DNA of 64,000 nt, taken from the NCBI GenBank assembly GCA_035457485.1, contig DATIBO010000006.1:754659-818658 (forward strand). Reading direction: 5' to 3'. The DNA comes from Candidatus Saccharimonadales bacterium. Its GTDB lineage: Bacteria; Patescibacteriota; Saccharimonadia; Saccharimonadales; EFPC-124. Positions 55,670 through 64,000 of the stretch are shown here, in pieces. Every line of letters begins with the position of its first letter. Position 1 is the first letter of the stretch. The position numbers were made by a program, and so were the translations under genes. The notes beneath the pieces were generated by a model. The model ran no database searches. It saw only the letters and a list, made by a program, of their open reading frames with translations, and was not told the origin of the DNA.

Positions 55670-56009
55670 TATTCACCGCCTTTACAAAGTCAACTTTGGT
55701 AATTGTTGTTTTATCTAAAACGTCTTTAACGCCGTAGGCCTTTAGGGTTTTTTTACTAGGTGGCGAAGTACTTAAAATTATCACAGGAATTTTTAAAAAG
55801 TCATCATATGACGCCAAAATATTTAAAAGCTGCACCCCGTTAGAATTTGGCAAAAACATGTCCAAAATAATCAGATCGATCTGTGACTCATCAAGCTTAT
55901 TCAATGCCAGCTGGGCGTCACCTGCCCAAACACAATCGTGATTTTGCAGCCAACCTTCGTAGCAATCTTTGGACCAAATATCATCCTCGACTAGCAGAAT
56001 TCTACTCAT
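55656..56009 (-). CDS. response regulator, receiver domain only
   Basis: ILLVEDD..DLIILDMFLP receiver pattern, 117 aa. Confidence 0.8.
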   Translation of the reverse strand: MSRILLVEDDIWSKDCYEGWLQNHDCVWAGDAQLALNKLDESQIDLIILDMFLPNSNGVQLLNILASYDDFLKIPVIILSTSPPSKKTLKAYGVKDVLDKTTITKVDFVKAVNNALL

Positions 56010-56712
56010 AAATAAAGCTCATCTGGTTAGACTGCAAGAGGTCCACAAAAAAACTAGCACCTTGCCTTGCCTTGCCTAAGCTCAGCCTGCCACCCATTGC
56101 CGCCGTAAGCCGACCAGCGACATATAGCCCTAGCCCGCTAGTGCCTGGCCTAGCACTAAATGGCTGCGGTCGCTCACCAATAGTATTGCTCACGCTTTTA
56201 AACTCAACCGCATCGATACCAGGTCCATTGTCTTTAACATTTAATCTGACTAAACCATTAGTCTCAGCTATACTCAGCTCAACTAGGCCACCCTGTGGAT
56301 TGTGACGCACCGAGTTATCCAGTAGATTCACGATTACATCATGCAGAACTTCCCTATTTGCCAAAGCCAGATTGCTAGATCTGCGCTTAATTAAATGCAG
56401 CTTCTGATCAAACTTCGCCGCAAATGGTAACATTTCGTTTAGAGCCTGCTCGCAAACTAGCTGCACGTTGGTAGGCTCAAGAGTATTTATTAGATCCAGA
56501 TTTCTTATGTTTTCTAGACGACTACTATTCGTCAACTGACTCGCTAGGCGCAAACTCCTCTCGGCAGTAATTATTATTCTTTCTATTGCCTGCTTTTGGT
56601 TTTGGCTGAGGTCTGTTTCTTTTAGGTCGTACGACAAATGCCTAATTAAAGCTAACGGCGCTTTTAGCTCATGCGCTACTGCAACAACTAAATCTACCCG
56701 TTCACCTTTCAT
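56002..56712 (-). CDS. cytoplasmic histidine kinase (HisKA + HATPase_c only)
   Basis: H-box VAHELKAPLALIRH, NLLDNSVRHNP, DNGPGI, SGLGLYVAGRL. No TM or sensor domain. Confidence 0.8.
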   Translation of the reverse strand: MKGERVDLVVAVAHELKAPLALIRHLSYDLKETDLSQNQKQAIERIIITAERSLRLASQLTNSSRLENIRNLDLINTLEPTNVQLVCEQALNEMLPFAAKFDQKLHLIKRRSSNLALANREVLHDVIVNLLDNSVRHNPQGGLVELSIAETNGLVRLNVKDNGPGIDAVEFKSVSNTIGERPQPFSARPGTSGLGLYVAGRLTAAMGGRLSLGKARQGASFFVDLLQSNQMSFIYE

Positions 56713-56753
56713 TAATACCAGTGTAACAAAACAAAATCAGCTAAGCACAAGCA

Positions 56754-57395
56754 CTACGGATTAAACTTAAGTGAGGGCAAAATTATATTGTTAAAATCGC
56801 CTAAAAATGCATCTGATTCTGTAAAGATTTCGATTGATTTATCGCGTGATTTAAGCAGGACCAGCGACCCGTTACTCTGACCTAGCTTACCATCAAATCG
56901 TGTGCCCACCTGACCGTTAACAGTTATGGCCGAGGCTTTTAGTGTGCCGTCCTGCACCCCTTGCTGAAAAGCCGCAAGCGAGTTTTCGTAAGTAGAATTT
57001 AAAATAACTACACGCAGTGCATATGGCTGTTGTCTGGTTGGGTTAGAAACCGCACCAGGGTGAAAGTAAGCATTATAACCTGTTCCCGCCGAGCCATCCG
57101 CCTCTATATATAAGCTCCACGTCTTAGGAAAATCAAAAGTAACTTGACCGAGATCAGCCGGACCAACGAATTGCCTTGTCGGAAGCTTTTCTCTTTCGAC
57201 AAAACCTGCTTCATCGGTCGCCTTTTGTTGCTCTTGTGCCAAGACGACGGATTCAGCCACAATGCCGTCTACATTATTTTTTTGTTCCTGATAATTTAGA
57301 TATGCCCAAACACTAAAACCGCCAAAACCCACAGTCAAAACAGAAAGAACAATCGTCATTACAAGTAAAACCTGAGAACCGTTCTGGTTATGCAT
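56754..57395 (-). CDS. hypothetical membrane-anchored protein
   Basis: N-terminal TM helix VLLVMTIVLSVLTVGFGGF. No motif recognised. Confidence 0.4.
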   Translation of the reverse strand: MHNQNGSQVLLVMTIVLSVLTVGFGGFSVWAYLNYQEQKNNVDGIVAESVVLAQEQQKATDEAGFVEREKLPTRQFVGPADLGQVTFDFPKTWSLYIEADGSAGTGYNAYFHPGAVSNPTRQQPYALRVVILNSTYENSLAAFQQGVQDGTLKASAITVNGQVGTRFDGKLGQSNGSLVLLKSRDKSIEIFTESDAFLGDFNNIILPSLKFNP

Positions 57396-57434
57396 ATGTT
57401 TATATAGTAGAAACTCTAGGGTTTTTTGTAAAGC

Positions 57435-57932
57435 CTAACCTATTTTATAGATCTGCAGAGATTTTATCGACCCGACGGGCTTTGTGCCCGGAATTTTAAA
57501 TCCATTACTCACGACTAGAATTGGTTTCTTCAAAATTTTAGATTGATCAATCATTCTTTGCTTGAATTTTTGCATAAATATATCAGCCAAAAACACAAAA
57601 ACTACATCTGTTTGCTTCGGTAAATCACTGATCCAAAAATTGCGCAAATAAATTTTTACTACATCGCGATATCGCCAACAACGCACCCAGCTTATAACGC
57701 ACAAAATTGGATTTATTTCGTAACCGACTGCTTTATATCCTTTTTGGGCAGCTAATTTTAAAAGCTTGCCGTCGCCAGAGCCTAAATCTACAAAAGTGCT
57801 GCCTCTTTTAAGGGCCAGCTCGTCGAACATCTCGATCAAAACCTTTTTATGCGTCGGTACGTACGGTGCACCAAAAAAAACCACCAATCCAAAAAATATG
57901 AAAATTACTAAACCAACCAGAGCCAAAAGCAT
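57435..57932 (-). CDS. class I SAM-dependent methyltransferase with N-terminal TM helix
   Basis: Motif I VDLGSGDGKLLKLAA followed by GYEINP. Confidence 0.65.
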   Translation of the reverse strand: MLLALVGLVIFIFFGLVVFFGAPYVPTHKKVLIEMFDELALKRGSTFVDLGSGDGKLLKLAAQKGYKAVGYEINPILCVISWVRCWRYRDVVKIYLRNFWISDLPKQTDVVFVFLADIFMQKFKQRMIDQSKILKKPILVVSNGFKIPGTKPVGSIKSLQIYKIG

Positions 57933-58123
57933 TACTCGGCGAACTTTTCTTTTAAGATTGTTATTTTGTTCTCAGCCTCGCTTATTCGCTTTTTTATTTC
58001 GTCGGTCAGCTTAACGCCTTCTTCGAATTTAGCTAGCGCTTCTTCTACATCTAGGTCAGGACGCTCGAACCACGCTAAAAGTTCGTCAAGTTCCTTAAAT
58101 TGATCATTAAGATTTTTTGACAT
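57932..58123 (-). CDS. xseB: exodeoxyribonuclease VII small subunit
   Basis: 63 aa, FKELDELLAWFERPDLDVEEALAKFEEGVKL. Confidence 0.8.
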   Translation of the reverse strand: MSKNLNDQFKELDELLAWFERPDLDVEEALAKFEEGVKLTDEIKKRISEAENKITILKEKFAE

Positions 58124-59225
58124 CTTGCACTCCTACATTAATTATTGTATCGCTAAGTTCAATCACCAGCTCGTCGCCCTTTTTAAGTTTTAAGCCACTC
58201 TTTAGCAAGGCGCCGTTTTGCCTAACCAAGGAATAACCCCGCCTTAGCACCGCACTAGGATTAACCTGGTTTAATAGTCTGCTTGCCATTTGCAGCTGGT
58301 GCATTCGCAGCTCTAGAGTCTGGTCAATACTCGAAAACATCAACCCGACCGCCTGCAACGCTCTTAGTTTTTTTGCTTGCAACGAGCTTTGGATATGGCT
58401 CAAGAATCTTTGCTCGCGCTGGCTAAGTTCACGAAGCACGGCCTCGCGATCGGGCGTCAAGAGCTGCGCTGCATTGCTCGGAGTGGCAGCCCGCAGATCA
58501 GCCACTAAGTCACATAAACTTGTATCTGTTTCGTGCCCCACACCTACTAAGGTTGGAATACGGCTTGCCGCAATCGTTCGCACAAGCGGCTCCTCGTTGA
58601 AGACAGCCAGGTCCTCAGCGCTTCCCCCGCCCCTTATAATTACTAGAACTTCTACTAAATTTGGCTGCTGATTAAAATAGTCGATCGCTTTAATAATCTG
58701 TTGACCTGCACCGACACCCTGAACCTGCACATCTGCAACCTCAATCTGAATTCCACGCCACCGATGGTTAATAATTTTAATGAAATCTGCGTAGCCTGAC
58801 GATTCCGACGATGCAATAACGCCGACGCGACCTGGAATTTTTGGCAAAATGCGTTTCCGCGATGAGTCAAACAAACCCTCGCTTTGCAATTTTGCCTTAA
58901 GAATCTCGAATGCGCGTTTTATAGTCCCTTCGCCAACTGGCAAGACCTCGCGCACAGATAAGCTAAACTTTCCCCAAGGCGTAAGCTTAGGCTGAGCAAT
59001 TAGTCTAACTTTCATTCCATCTTCTAACGGGATTCTTAAGCTGTAAATCATCATAAAGCAGCCTATGACGCCGTCATTGTCTTTAATGTCAAAAAACACA
59101 AATTTATTTTTGCTAACCTTAAATGATGCCACTTCGCCTTCCACTATCACGGTCGGGTAAGCAAACTCAAGCGTCTGATTAACTACGCTTATTAAATCAC
59201 TTACGCTGTAGATCTGTTTTTCCAT
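58107..59225 (-). CDS. xseA: exodeoxyribonuclease VII large subunit
   Basis: OB-fold N-terminus YSVSDLISVVNQTLE..VIVEGEV, RGGGSAEDL, GVGHETD. Confidence 0.85.
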   Translation of the reverse strand: MEKQIYSVSDLISVVNQTLEFAYPTVIVEGEVASFKVSKNKFVFFDIKDNDGVIGCFMMIYSLRIPLEDGMKVRLIAQPKLTPWGKFSLSVREVLPVGEGTIKRAFEILKAKLQSEGLFDSSRKRILPKIPGRVGVIASSESSGYADFIKIINHRWRGIQIEVADVQVQGVGAGQQIIKAIDYFNQQPNLVEVLVIIRGGGSAEDLAVFNEEPLVRTIAASRIPTLVGVGHETDTSLCDLVADLRAATPSNAAQLLTPDREAVLRELSQREQRFLSHIQSSLQAKKLRALQAVGLMFSSIDQTLELRMHQLQMASRLLNQVNPSAVLRRGYSLVRQNGALLKSGLKLKKGDELVIELSDTIINVGVQDVKKS

Positions 59226-60243
59226 ACCTGTTTATCGCCAATTGATACGTTGGGTAGCCCATAATCAATGTTAATGCTAAAGTTATTATCCTAAAAATCA
59301 GAGTAACGCTTAGTGCTAATCCGGGCGAAATGCCCATACTTACAAAAAGAGCAGTCATAAGTGGCTCAAAAACGCCCAAGCCCCCCGGCAAGGCAGCGAT
59401 CAAGCCAGCCACACTCGAGATTACCAAAGCCACAACCACCACCCCCGGATTAACCCATTGCCCATGTGCTACAAAAACCGCATACAACAGAGCCATCTCA
59501 AAAAATATTGCAAGCGCCATCCAAAATGCAGCAGCGCGCATTTCTAGAATATTATTTTTGATCATAACGTAATCTTCGTGTAGCTCAAGAAAGGTTTGTT
59601 CAACTTTCTTGATTCGCACAACCTCGGGACGTTTTCCGAACTTATGTAAGATGTGGTTTATAAAATTTGCCAATGTCTTTGTAAAGTTTATAATTCGATC
59701 ACGCTGACCTATAACGAATATTATTAGACCCGTCAGGCCCATTAGCGACACCACAACTACAGTTATGATTATAATAACCAGTGCATTAGCTTTACCGTCG
59801 GCCGCCAGCAAAAATAGCGAAATGAACATTAAAATAATATGAACTATAAAACCGAATGCAAACCTACCGATTTGCGCCAAAGTCGATCGAGCCGTCGACA
59901 CATCGTAAGGTTTTAGACGCCAAGTAAAATACGAAAAACCAGATAACCCGCCGCTGGGAAAAACATGGTTAACAAAGTTCAGCTCCGCTACCGCAGGTAA
60001 CAAAATCCTGCGCTGGACCCTACAGCGAAGAACCAAAAAAAAGTGGTAGAAAAATTCAGACAGACCAAAGTAAAAAGCAATATTTATTGGAATCATCGCC
60101 AAGAGGGGCCAAATATTCAATCCTTGCGACTTATGAAGTGCGTCAACAATGTCCGGCCAGGCAAACACGATCAAAAATACTAGCGCCCCTAGCGTGAATA
60201 AGTTTAACCAAAGTTTCCAATTGAATTTTTTATGAGATCGCAT
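59197..60243 (-). CDS. flippase-like (UPF0104 / LPG synthase TM region) membrane protein
   Basis: 348 aa, about 8 TM helices, basic N-terminus MRSHKKFNWKLWLNL. Confidence 0.55.
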   Translation of the reverse strand: MRSHKKFNWKLWLNLFTLGALVFLIVFAWPDIVDALHKSQGLNIWPLLAMIPINIAFYFGLSEFFYHFFLVLRCRVQRRILLPAVAELNFVNHVFPSGGLSGFSYFTWRLKPYDVSTARSTLAQIGRFAFGFIVHIILMFISLFLLAADGKANALVIIIITVVVVSLMGLTGLIIFVIGQRDRIINFTKTLANFINHILHKFGKRPEVVRIKKVEQTFLELHEDYVMIKNNILEMRAAAFWMALAIFFEMALLYAVFVAHGQWVNPGVVVVALVISSVAGLIAALPGGLGVFEPLMTALFVSMGISPGLALSVTLIFRIITLALTLIMGYPTYQLAINRYGKTDLQRK

Positions 60244-60265
60244 GTAAAAAAGTTATACTGTAGAC

Positions 60266-61426
60266 ATGATAGCACTTCTCGGCCGTCAACCTAAAATCGG
60301 AATCGCAGAACTCGAAAGTATTTATAGCGACGTCACCCCTGTAGGAAAACAGGCTGCTTTTGTAAACAATGAAATTAACATTGCGAGGCTTGGTGGAACT
60401 CTTAAAGTTGCCGAGCAAATAGATGAGTTTCAATCCACTGATTGGCGGCGAATTAGCGATCTACTAATTAAAAACTTTTTAAACTACGTTGCCACTATGC
60501 CAGAAAACGGCAAGATCAAACTTGGTATTAGTATTTACGATATTAATGCTAACTCGCAGCAAGTTTTTAGGACCGGCTTAGAACTCAAAAAAATCGCACG
60601 TAAAAACGGCCACAGCCTAAGGTTTATACCCGGCGCTGGATCTGCTTTAAATAGCGCACAGGTTTTACACAACCAACTAACAAGTAACCTTGGTATTGAA
60701 TTATGTCTAATTAAAGATGACTACAAAACAGTTGTCGCCAAGACTGTATCCGTCCAAGACGTGGATGATTACGCTCGTCGCGACTTTGGCAGGCCAAAAC
60801 GTGACGCATTCGTAGGCATGCTACCTCCTAAACTTGCCCAGACAATGGTTAACTTGGCAGTTGGAGATCAAAAAAACGCTAAGATTTTAGACCCTTTTTG
60901 CGGCACAGGCGTAGTCCTACAAGAAGCTTTACTTGCCGGATTTGAAGTCGCAGGCACAGATTTAAGTCAAAAAATGATTGACTACACCGCCGAAAACTTG
61001 GATTGGCTTAAAAAATCATACGAAATAAAACAAATGTTAGGCAAACTTCAGGTTGGAGATGCTACGAAGTTTGAATGGCGCGATTTTAATTTTACAAATG
61101 TGGTTTGCGAAACCTACTTAGGTCAACCACTTTCCGGATTACCAAAGCCCGAGAAACTCCGCGAAATTATCGGCAATTGTAATCTAATAACAGAGAAATT
61201 TTTAAAAAATTTGCGTCCACAGCTAAAACCTGGATCGCGCCATTGCATTGCGGTACCAGCCTGGTTTGATGGAAAATCATTTAAACACCTGCCAGCACTT
61301 GACCACCTCGAGAGTTTGGGCTATAATCGTTTAAGATTTCAACATTCTAGCAATGGAGAGTTAATCTACCACCGCGCCGACCAAATCGTCGCCCGCGAAT
61401 TGCTAGTTTTATCAGTTAAGGAGTAA
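60266..61426 (+). CDS. SAM-dependent methyltransferase (Trm11/RlmL-like, putative RNA methylase)
   Basis: Motif I ILDPFCGTGVVLQEALLAGFEVAGTDLS after a ~190-aa N-terminal domain. Confidence 0.55.
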   Translation: MIALLGRQPKIGIAELESIYSDVTPVGKQAAFVNNEINIARLGGTLKVAEQIDEFQSTDWRRISDLLIKNFLNYVATMPENGKIKLGISIYDINANSQQVFRTGLELKKIARKNGHSLRFIPGAGSALNSAQVLHNQLTSNLGIELCLIKDDYKTVVAKTVSVQDVDDYARRDFGRPKRDAFVGMLPPKLAQTMVNLAVGDQKNAKILDPFCGTGVVLQEALLAGFEVAGTDLSQKMIDYTAENLDWLKKSYEIKQMLGKLQVGDATKFEWRDFNFTNVVCETYLGQPLSGLPKPEKLREIIGNCNLITEKFLKNLRPQLKPGSRHCIAVPAWFDGKSFKHLPALDHLESLGYNRLRFQHSSNGELIYHRADQIVARELLVLSVKE

Positions 61427-61432
61427 CACCCC

Positions 61433-61705
61433 ATGGCACATGTAAAAGCAGGTGCAACCAGTAAGAACGTACACGATTCACCCGGCCAACGGCTTGGTGT
61501 TAAACGCTTTGGCGGCCAAAAAGTAAACGAAGGCGAAGTTTTGGTTCGTCAAGTTGGTCAGACCAAAATTGCTGGTCCTGGCACTTTTATGGCTCGTAAC
61601 TTTACTATTCATGCCGCAAAAGCTGGCGTTGTAAGCTTTGCAAAAGTAAAGACCAAACGCTTTACAGGCAAAACAACCACTCGCACTCAAGTGATTGTTA
61701 AATAA
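61433..61705 (+). CDS. rpmA: 50S ribosomal protein L27
   Basis: MAHVKAGATSKNVHDSPGQRLGVKRFGGQKV..G.ILVRQ pattern. Confidence 0.9.
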   Translation: MAHVKAGATSKNVHDSPGQRLGVKRFGGQKVNEGEVLVRQVGQTKIAGPGTFMARNFTIHAAKAGVVSFAKVKTKRFTGKTTTRTQVIVK

Positions 61706-61727
61706 AAGTCTTTGGTTAAAAATAAAA

Positions 61728-61752
61728 ACTCCCGATTTTTCGGGAGTTTTTT
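61728..61752. terminator. bidirectional intrinsic terminator
   Basis: ACTCCCGA/TCGGGAGT 8-bp stem, TTTT loop, T6 downstream and A-run upstream. Serves rpmA and the convergent 61754 gene. Confidence 0.75.
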
Positions 61753-61753
61753 G

Positions 61754-62215
61754 TTAGTTTCCGATTATTCCACCTGGGGTGTTGGGGCCAACTTTTCTTG
61801 TTGGTGCGGCTCCCTGCTCACCTATTACTCCTCCTGTCCAACGCTGATTAGGTAAAGAAGATTCAGTAGGTGCTCCGATTACTCCCGTGCTGTTTGCGGT
61901 TGGCTTTGGTGACTCGGCGTAAGGGTTAGGTTGCCCGCCAAGCATTCCACCTGGTTCGTTAACAATGCGCTGCGCAGTTTGGGGTGGTGCTGCCTCACCA
62001 TGTAGAACGCCATTCTCAAACGAATAATTCTTGCTGTCAGCTTCTCGTCGATCTTCTTGCTGCTCACCTCCGGCCCCAAGTTCTTCGGCGTGTGACTGGT
62101 CTAGATCCGCTTCACCTTCGACTTCCTTGCTAACTTCTGCCTCCTCGCCAGATCCAGGCTTTGGTTCAAGTTTAAAACGCTCGTCGTTAGGATCGAATGG
62201 AACAAATTCACTCAT
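61754..62215 (-). CDS. hypothetical acidic Gly/Pro-rich protein
   Basis: 153-aa ORF, low complexity, no motif. Confidence 0.35.
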   Translation of the reverse strand: MSEFVPFDPNDERFKLEPKPGSGEEAEVSKEVEGEADLDQSHAEELGAGGEQQEDRREADSKNYSFENGVLHGEAAPPQTAQRIVNEPGGMLGGQPNPYAESPKPTANSTGVIGAPTESSLPNQRWTGGVIGEQGAAPTRKVGPNTPGGIIGN

Positions 62216-62298
62216 TTTTGTATCTCTTTTTTATTTTTGCTAATAAATTTACGGTAACACAAAAAAGCCAATTATGCAATGAGCTTATGTTTACTAAA

Positions 62299-62682
62299 TT
62301 ACAGACTCATGCCTAGATGATGTTTAATTCTATCTACAACATCACCAATTACAACCTGAGACTTCACCAAGTAATCATCGGCTCCGAGTTTCTCGGCCAT
62401 TTCCTTGTCTTTTTCTTGGCTCAACGCAGTGAGCATAATAATGCGGACATTGCTTGTTTCTGGCGTGTTGCGCAAAATATCTAGCACATCAAAACCACTG
62501 ATCTTTGGCATCATAGCGTCAAGCACAATCAAGTCTGGCTTATATTCTATCGCGGCCGAAAGCGCTTCTTCGCCATTAACTACATGCCGTACATCGAATC
62601 CTTCAAGTTCCAAACGGGAAACATATACCGAGGCTAGGGCTTTATCATCCTCTACAAGTAAAATCTTCTTTTTTGGGTTCAT
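62299..62682 (-). CDS. response regulator, receiver domain only (paralog of 23064..24029 receiver)
   Basis: ILLVEDDK, LDAMMPKISGFDVLDIL, YLVKSQV. Confidence 0.85.
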   Translation of the reverse strand: MNPKKKILLVEDDKALASVYVSRLELEGFDVRHVVNGEEALSAAIEYKPDLIVLDAMMPKISGFDVLDILRNTPETSNVRIIMLTALSQEKDKEMAEKLGADDYLVKSQVVIGDVVDRIKHHLGMSL

Positions 62683-62703
62683 ACTACCTACAGTTTAGCT
62701 AAG

Positions 62704-63912
62704 TTAGCGGAGCTTTTCAAATGCAGCCGACTTTTGTGCATCATTCGTCAAGTCTTCACCGGCTTCTACCACTACGTCTGGTTCGATTCCCTCTTTGTTA
62801 ATGTTGCGACCATTTGGAGTGTACCATTTTGCAACAGTCACTTTTAGCTGTCCGCCGCCGTCAATAGGCTCGATCGTTTGTACACTTCCCTTGCCAAATG
62901 TTTTTGTCCCAAGCAATACAGCTGCATCGTAGTCGTTTAGTGCGCCAGCTACAATTTCGCTAGCACTGGCACTTCCACCATCGATTAGCACTACGGTTGG
63001 CACGCCAGATAAAATCGCGCTGCCATCAGTTTTTAGAGTCTCTACAATCTTGTCGCCGGTTCTTTCTTCGACTACAACTTTGTCTTTCAGCCAGAGCCCC
63101 GAAATATCTTGTGCAGCCCCCAAGTACCCGCCACCGTTACCCCGTAAATCAAGCACCACACCCTTTACGCCAGCTTCTTTAAACTCTTTAGCTGCTTTCG
63201 TAGCCAGCCTAAACGTATCTGAATCCGAGAACCGCGAGATCCTTAGATACCCAATGTTATCTGGAGTGATCTCATATTTTACGCTAGGGTTTACAATTTC
63301 CTCACGCACAATCGAAAAATCTTTAACCTGTTGATCGCGTAAAACCGTCAGTTTTACAGTTGTGCCCTTTTCGCCGCGAATCTGTGAAACAGCTTTTTCA
63401 ATCGACCAACCAGTTGTGTCTTGGTCGTTGACCTTAACTATAAAGTCACCCGGTTGCAAACCACTCCTTAAAGCCGGCGATTCGTCCAACGTGGATACTA
63501 TTGTAATAAAATCATCTTTTTTACCTAATTCAGCGCCAATCCCCGAGAACCTTCCGTCAAGTTCTTGCAAAAATTCTGAAGCTTCTTTGTCGGTAAAAAA
63601 TACTGTATATGGGTCGCCAGCCGCCTCGACTAATCCTTTTTTGGCGCCATCTATCAGTGCTTGTTTGTCTATATTTCCATCAAACTGGCTACTTAATGCT
63701 TCGTAGACATTCTGTAAACTAGAGAAATCTATAACTTCGGTTCTTTGTTTTAAGCCAATAAATGCTGCGATTTCGGAACTTCTTGTGCCAGCAATAAAGC
63801 CGCCAAAGGCAACCAAAAGGACTACGACTACAAGCGTGCCCACGCCCACTTTTGTGTTTTTTAATGTCGAAACGAATCTCGGCACACGCAATTTTTTGCC
63901 CTTTTGCTGCAC
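62704..63912 (-). CDS. S41 family C-terminal processing peptidase
   Basis: TM anchor, PDZ (GLQPGDFIVKVND), catalytic region LIDGGSASASEIVAGAL..GTKTFGKGSVQ. Confidence 0.85.
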   Translation of the reverse strand: MQQKGKKLRVPRFVSTLKNTKVGVGTLVVVVLLVAFGGFIAGTRSSEIAAFIGLKQRTEVIDFSSLQNVYEALSSQFDGNIDKQALIDGAKKGLVEAAGDPYTVFFTDKEASEFLQELDGRFSGIGAELGKKDDFITIVSTLDESPALRSGLQPGDFIVKVNDQDTTGWSIEKAVSQIRGEKGTTVKLTVLRDQQVKDFSIVREEIVNPSVKYEITPDNIGYLRISRFSDSDTFRLATKAAKEFKEAGVKGVVLDLRGNGGGYLGAAQDISGLWLKDKVVVEERTGDKIVETLKTDGSAILSGVPTVVLIDGGSASASEIVAGALNDYDAAVLLGTKTFGKGSVQTIEPIDGGGQLKVTVAKWYTPNGRNINKEGIEPDVVVEAGEDLTNDAQKSAAFEKLR

Positions 63913-64000
63913 TTCAAGCTCCCAAAATGTTTATAATAACTGTGTCTATACTACCACGCGTTTACATTTTTTTAGAAGTATATGTAGACTAATCCCGAAG

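Noticed and set aside
1-64000. Alternative genetic code (UGA recoding as in some CPR lineages)
   Set aside because: All conserved genes (topA, gltX, glyQS, der, murG, mraY and others) are full length and uninterrupted under the standard code, with TGA used as a terminal stop (for example the kinase remnant and dprA).

Overview
This 64-kb window comes from a compact, gene-dense bacterial chromosome. Most coding lines I counted are about 43-46% G+C, and the ORFs read cleanly under the standard bacterial code. The gene content looks like a Patescibacteria/CPR genome of the Saccharibacteria type, but that is inference from content only. It includes a sortase, a PEGA protein, DUF3048, a sigma-region-4/HARE-HTH protein, a TraD/VirD4-like ATPase, many small two-component systems and a trimmed dcw cluster. 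Housekeeping genes I recognise:
- Translation and RNA: gltX, glyQS, rpmA, pth, der, rsmH, a pseudouridine synthase, tRNA-Leu(CAA) and tRNA-Glu(CTC).
- DNA metabolism: topA, dprA, recO, xseA/xseB, radC, an AlkD-like repair protein.
- dcw cluster (minus strand): mraZ-rsmH-ftsL-PBP-mraY-ftsW-murG-ftsQ.
- Sugar block: galU, HAD, yvcK, GH1 beta-glucosidase, TrmB.
- Transport and regulators: a MacB/FtsX-type ABC exporter with MarR, HxlR with two SRPBCC genes, and an ECF sigma/anti-sigma pair.
- Signalling: three intact histidine kinases and four receiver proteins.

The parts worth a second look are mostly non-coding:
1. A GC-rich, hairpin-dense ~440-nt region (30.68-31.13 kb) with its own promoter-like sequence and terminator. 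I cannot fit it to RNase P RNA or tmRNA.
2. A ~0.6-kb patch of ~60% G+C (16.15-16.77 kb) carrying one membrane-protein gene. It sits next to the severed 3' end of a histidine kinase and is probably foreign.
3. A 740-bp AT-rich, ORF-free island (35.06-35.80 kb) containing a perfect 17-bp direct repeat.
4. A 237-bp element with 22-bp inverted-repeat arms inside the mraZ-rsmH spacer. Its arm covers the rsmH Shine-Dalgarno.
5. Four phased GTGGGTA repeats upstream of mraZ.
6. A possible ~270-nt minus-strand RNA between pth and dprA.

I found no CRISPR array, transposase, integrase or rRNA. All coordinates were read by hand and may be off by 1-2 nt.
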